Shown in pieces: positions 61,229 to 64,000 of a DNA stretch of 64,000 nucleotides. The notes beneath the pieces are model-generated. The model saw only the letters and a program-made list of their open reading frames with translations. It was not told the DNA's origin and made no database searches. Both the position numbers and the translations under genes were made by a program. The stretch comes from Azolla caroliniana. Taxonomy: Eukaryota; Plantae; Polypodiophyta. How positions within the stretch are numbered: position 1 is the stretch's first letter; each line of letters starts with the position of its first letter. The stretch is taken from contig JBHGNT010000006.1 of the NCBI GenBank assembly GCA_043228905.1, positions 3,100,001 through 3,164,000 of the forward strand, given 5' to 3'.

Positions 61229-61498
61229 TAAAAAATATCCTCCATTGGTATTAACATAAAGTGGCCAAAGGCAATATACAAAAAAGTCTAGTATTACAAA
61301 GAAAAATGCAACATAATTAACTAGAAAACTATTGAACACTCGTGCAATTCTAACAATCTCAACACTAGGCTCAAGATTTTGGCCTAATGAAGACCACCCC
61401 ATATAAAACAAATAACTTCACCTACAGAAAACAACACCTCCTCCGCCGTAGTCCTGCTCAATGCAAATATTGCATTCAGCGTAGTTGTGAAGATCCAT

Positions 61499-61984
61499 CA
61501 CTAGGCGCGGATCGTGAGGCGGAACCGCCGGGGTTCTAGACCGGAAGGACTTGAAGTTGGTGCAAGCTTTAGCAAGAAAGTACGTAAGCTAGATTGCACA
61601 AGGTCTTTCTAATGAAAATTTCTTAAGCTTTTCTTGTTTCTCACTCACTCTTCTCTTCTTCTTTCATCTCATTCTCTCATTCTCTTTTACTCTTGTTCAC
61701 CTCTAATCGTACTCACCTTAGTTTCACTTGCATCATTGCTTTATTTCTTTTATTACTCTTCCCATATCATCTCAATAGTTGTGCGAGTTCGCTCGCACTC
61801 CTTGTCACGACGCTACGGTCATAACAATAACCCTAACCGCCTCTTTCACGTCGGGTTCACCACTTTATTATGTCGTAAAAATCCGTCACTAGGCGCGGAC
61901 CGTGAGGTGGAACTGTCGGGGTTCTGGACCGGGAGGACTTGAAGTTGGCGCAAGCTTTAGCGAGAAAGTACGTAAGCTAGATTG
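61499..61984. repeat. ~97-bp GC-rich direct repeat pair (61499-61597 and 61888-61984)
   Basis: actaggcgcgga.cgtgagg.ggaac.g.cggggttct.gaccgg.aggacttgaagttgg.gcaagctttagc.agaaagtacgtaagctagattg occurs twice. Confidence 0.85.
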
Positions 61985-62351
61985 AAAGAGAGAGAGAGAA
62001 CTTGAGATAGAATAGAACGCTTGACTTTAGATTGAGAGAGATTAAGATTGAACTCTTGATTTTAGATTTTAAGAAACAAGTTACACGATCAATTCAATAA
62101 CAAATTCTCTTCTTCTTAATTTCATAACCAAAAAAAGCCTAACCCTTCTTCTTTTTCATCCCTTCTTTTATAGATGCTCTCATGCATATGATGCATGTGA
62201 GGGTACAAGACATGCATAAAATGCATGTTTGCCATTTGGCGCTCATGTATTACATGTAGTGCATGATAACCATGTCACTCATTTTAGCTCTCATGTATGA
62301 GAATTTCCATGTAAAAGTACAATGATAGAAATATAAATTTAACTAAATGTC

Positions 62352-62415
62352 ATGGCTTAGTTGTAAGCCTATTCACCCTTAACTAGGAGGTGCAAGGTTC
62401 AAATCCTCACTTGCC
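62352..62415 (+). other. tRNA-like Pol III A/B-box relic (SINE head or tRNA pseudogene)
   Basis: A-box-like TGGCTTAGTTG and B-box GGTTCAAATCC at tRNA-like spacing. No convincing acceptor stem. Confidence 0.4.
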
Positions 62416-64000
62416 CTCCTTGTGTATATATATGTGATATATATTTATTTATTAATTTGGTCGCCGGTTTGCCGGATGCCGGTCGCCGATACCACCGGCT
62501 CTGTCGGATGCCGATTCCGTCGGATCGCCGGTTATTGTCCAGTTAGTTCAAGTTACCTTGAACTCTCTATGCTCAACACATAGACACAAGAGATAATAGC
62601 TTTTGCTCTACTTTATATATTATGAGAGCCGTATTTGTCGTGCCTATATGGGATATCTCACAGTTTTCTCTTTTCCTTTCACAAACTTTATACCCTCATA
62701 TCTTGACATCTAGTTGTCTGTTTCACGTGTAATAAAGTGCATTCGAAAGCTCTTGAAGATCTCTATCATTTTGTACGTAGATACTTCACTATTATTGCTT
62801 TATGTGATTCATACTTGATTTTGTACGTTTTATGTGATTTTCTCACCATTGCCGAAAATCTTCACGACAGCGCTGCTTCCAAAAGTATCTTTTCAGGGCC
62901 ACCATGGTAGATATGCCCAAAAAATATTGTTTCTACACCTACATATTGTTCATCACCATAAGAAAATAGAGGTAAAAAGCCCCATAGACCAATATGACCA
63001 ACTGCTTCCACTACAATTCCTGATAGGAGAGGATTTCTTGTTATCTCACGTGTACTTGTCTCAACCAGCTTACTCTCCCAACCTACACATTTCAACAAAT
63101 TTCTTTGGTGACTGAGCAACAACAACTAGAATTCTATTTGATGCCTTAACATGTAAATCAACTGTTCCATTTACGGCCATGGCATGTTCCAATAGCAACA
63201 ACATACGTTCATCTAGGGATGATCTGTCAGTCTCTTTGTAACATTTCAAAAAGGAAAATCATTGCTTCATAGATCTTTGATTCGAATATAAGATCTTGCT
63301 CTCCCAGTGTTGGTTGAATAACCAACCTAGATTGTTGTTTCTCAATGAAGTTCAGCAACGAAGTTCCTGTACAACTAAAAACGAACTAAATCTAGACTAT
63401 TTCCTCCTCCCTCATGATCTACTTCGGCCCCCACACCGTCATCACTCATCCTCTCATCATACTATTATGCTTCAATCCCTATCGCCACACCATGAACACC
63501 CATCATAATGAGAAAACCTAAAATCAAAGCTTTGTTTAGCATAAGAGGTAAATTTTTTGAACATGCACACGTTATGCATGGGTGTGTTAGCTTTGGTCAC
63601 AATGAGTTTGGTTCTTGAACCATATTCATTCATGTGATTGTGCTCTTGAACTACAATCAATCACGAACTCACCTCGTGTCCTAATTCTCACTCACGAGCT
63701 CCCTACAAGAATGTGCTTTTCTCTAAAGCTCATTTTGGTCATGAGATTTGGTTGTGACTAACAAATAGGGAAGTCCTAAATGTGAAGGGTAGTGTTTTGA
63801 TTTTTCGGCTCTACGAAATAATCAAGGCAACTATATTCTCATAAGGTACCTCAAAGTTCTTCAACATTGTCATTTTACTTAGCATACTTGGTGAGTTAAC
63901 CATCCTCGTGGTTAACTGAAAATAAAAAGAAATTAGAGAGAGCAATTTGTGATTAGTGATCAAAATATTATCAACAAAAGTAATAATATTCATGGCACAC

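Noticed and set aside
62352-62415. Functional tRNA gene
   Set aside because: A/B boxes are present but no acceptor or anticodon stem can be folded.
62834-63125. PIF/Harbinger transposase fragment (IVVEAV...LW)
   Set aside because: Similarity too weak to call by eye; needs a profile search.

Overview
Eukaryotic land-plant nuclear DNA: short GT-AG introns, (GA)n/(CA)n microsatellites and AT-rich intergenic transposon debris. The style suggests a seed-free plant such as a fern, but that is inference. Seven protein-coding genes can be built by hand, all on the minus strand: organellar DNA gyrase A (3' half runs off the window start), LUC7-like U1 snRNP factor, an intronless MoCo-sulfurase-like PLP protein, CPSF100, a group-J (bZIP62-like) bZIP, an atypical peroxisomal-type SDR and eIF5. 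The most notable hidden element is a 57-aa upstream ORF in the eIF5 leader, missed by the ORF track, which looks like a conserved-peptide uORF or start-codon-stringency sensor. Other observations: a 3-codon uORF overlapping the first of two gyrA start codons, two consecutive GC-AG introns in CPSF100, a duplicated 5' splice site in LUC7, a complete small non-autonomous LTR element with a tRNA-Ala primer site and 4-bp TSD, a hAT element, a Mutator hairpin MITE and a solo LTR. All gene models and family assignments were made by eye without database searches.
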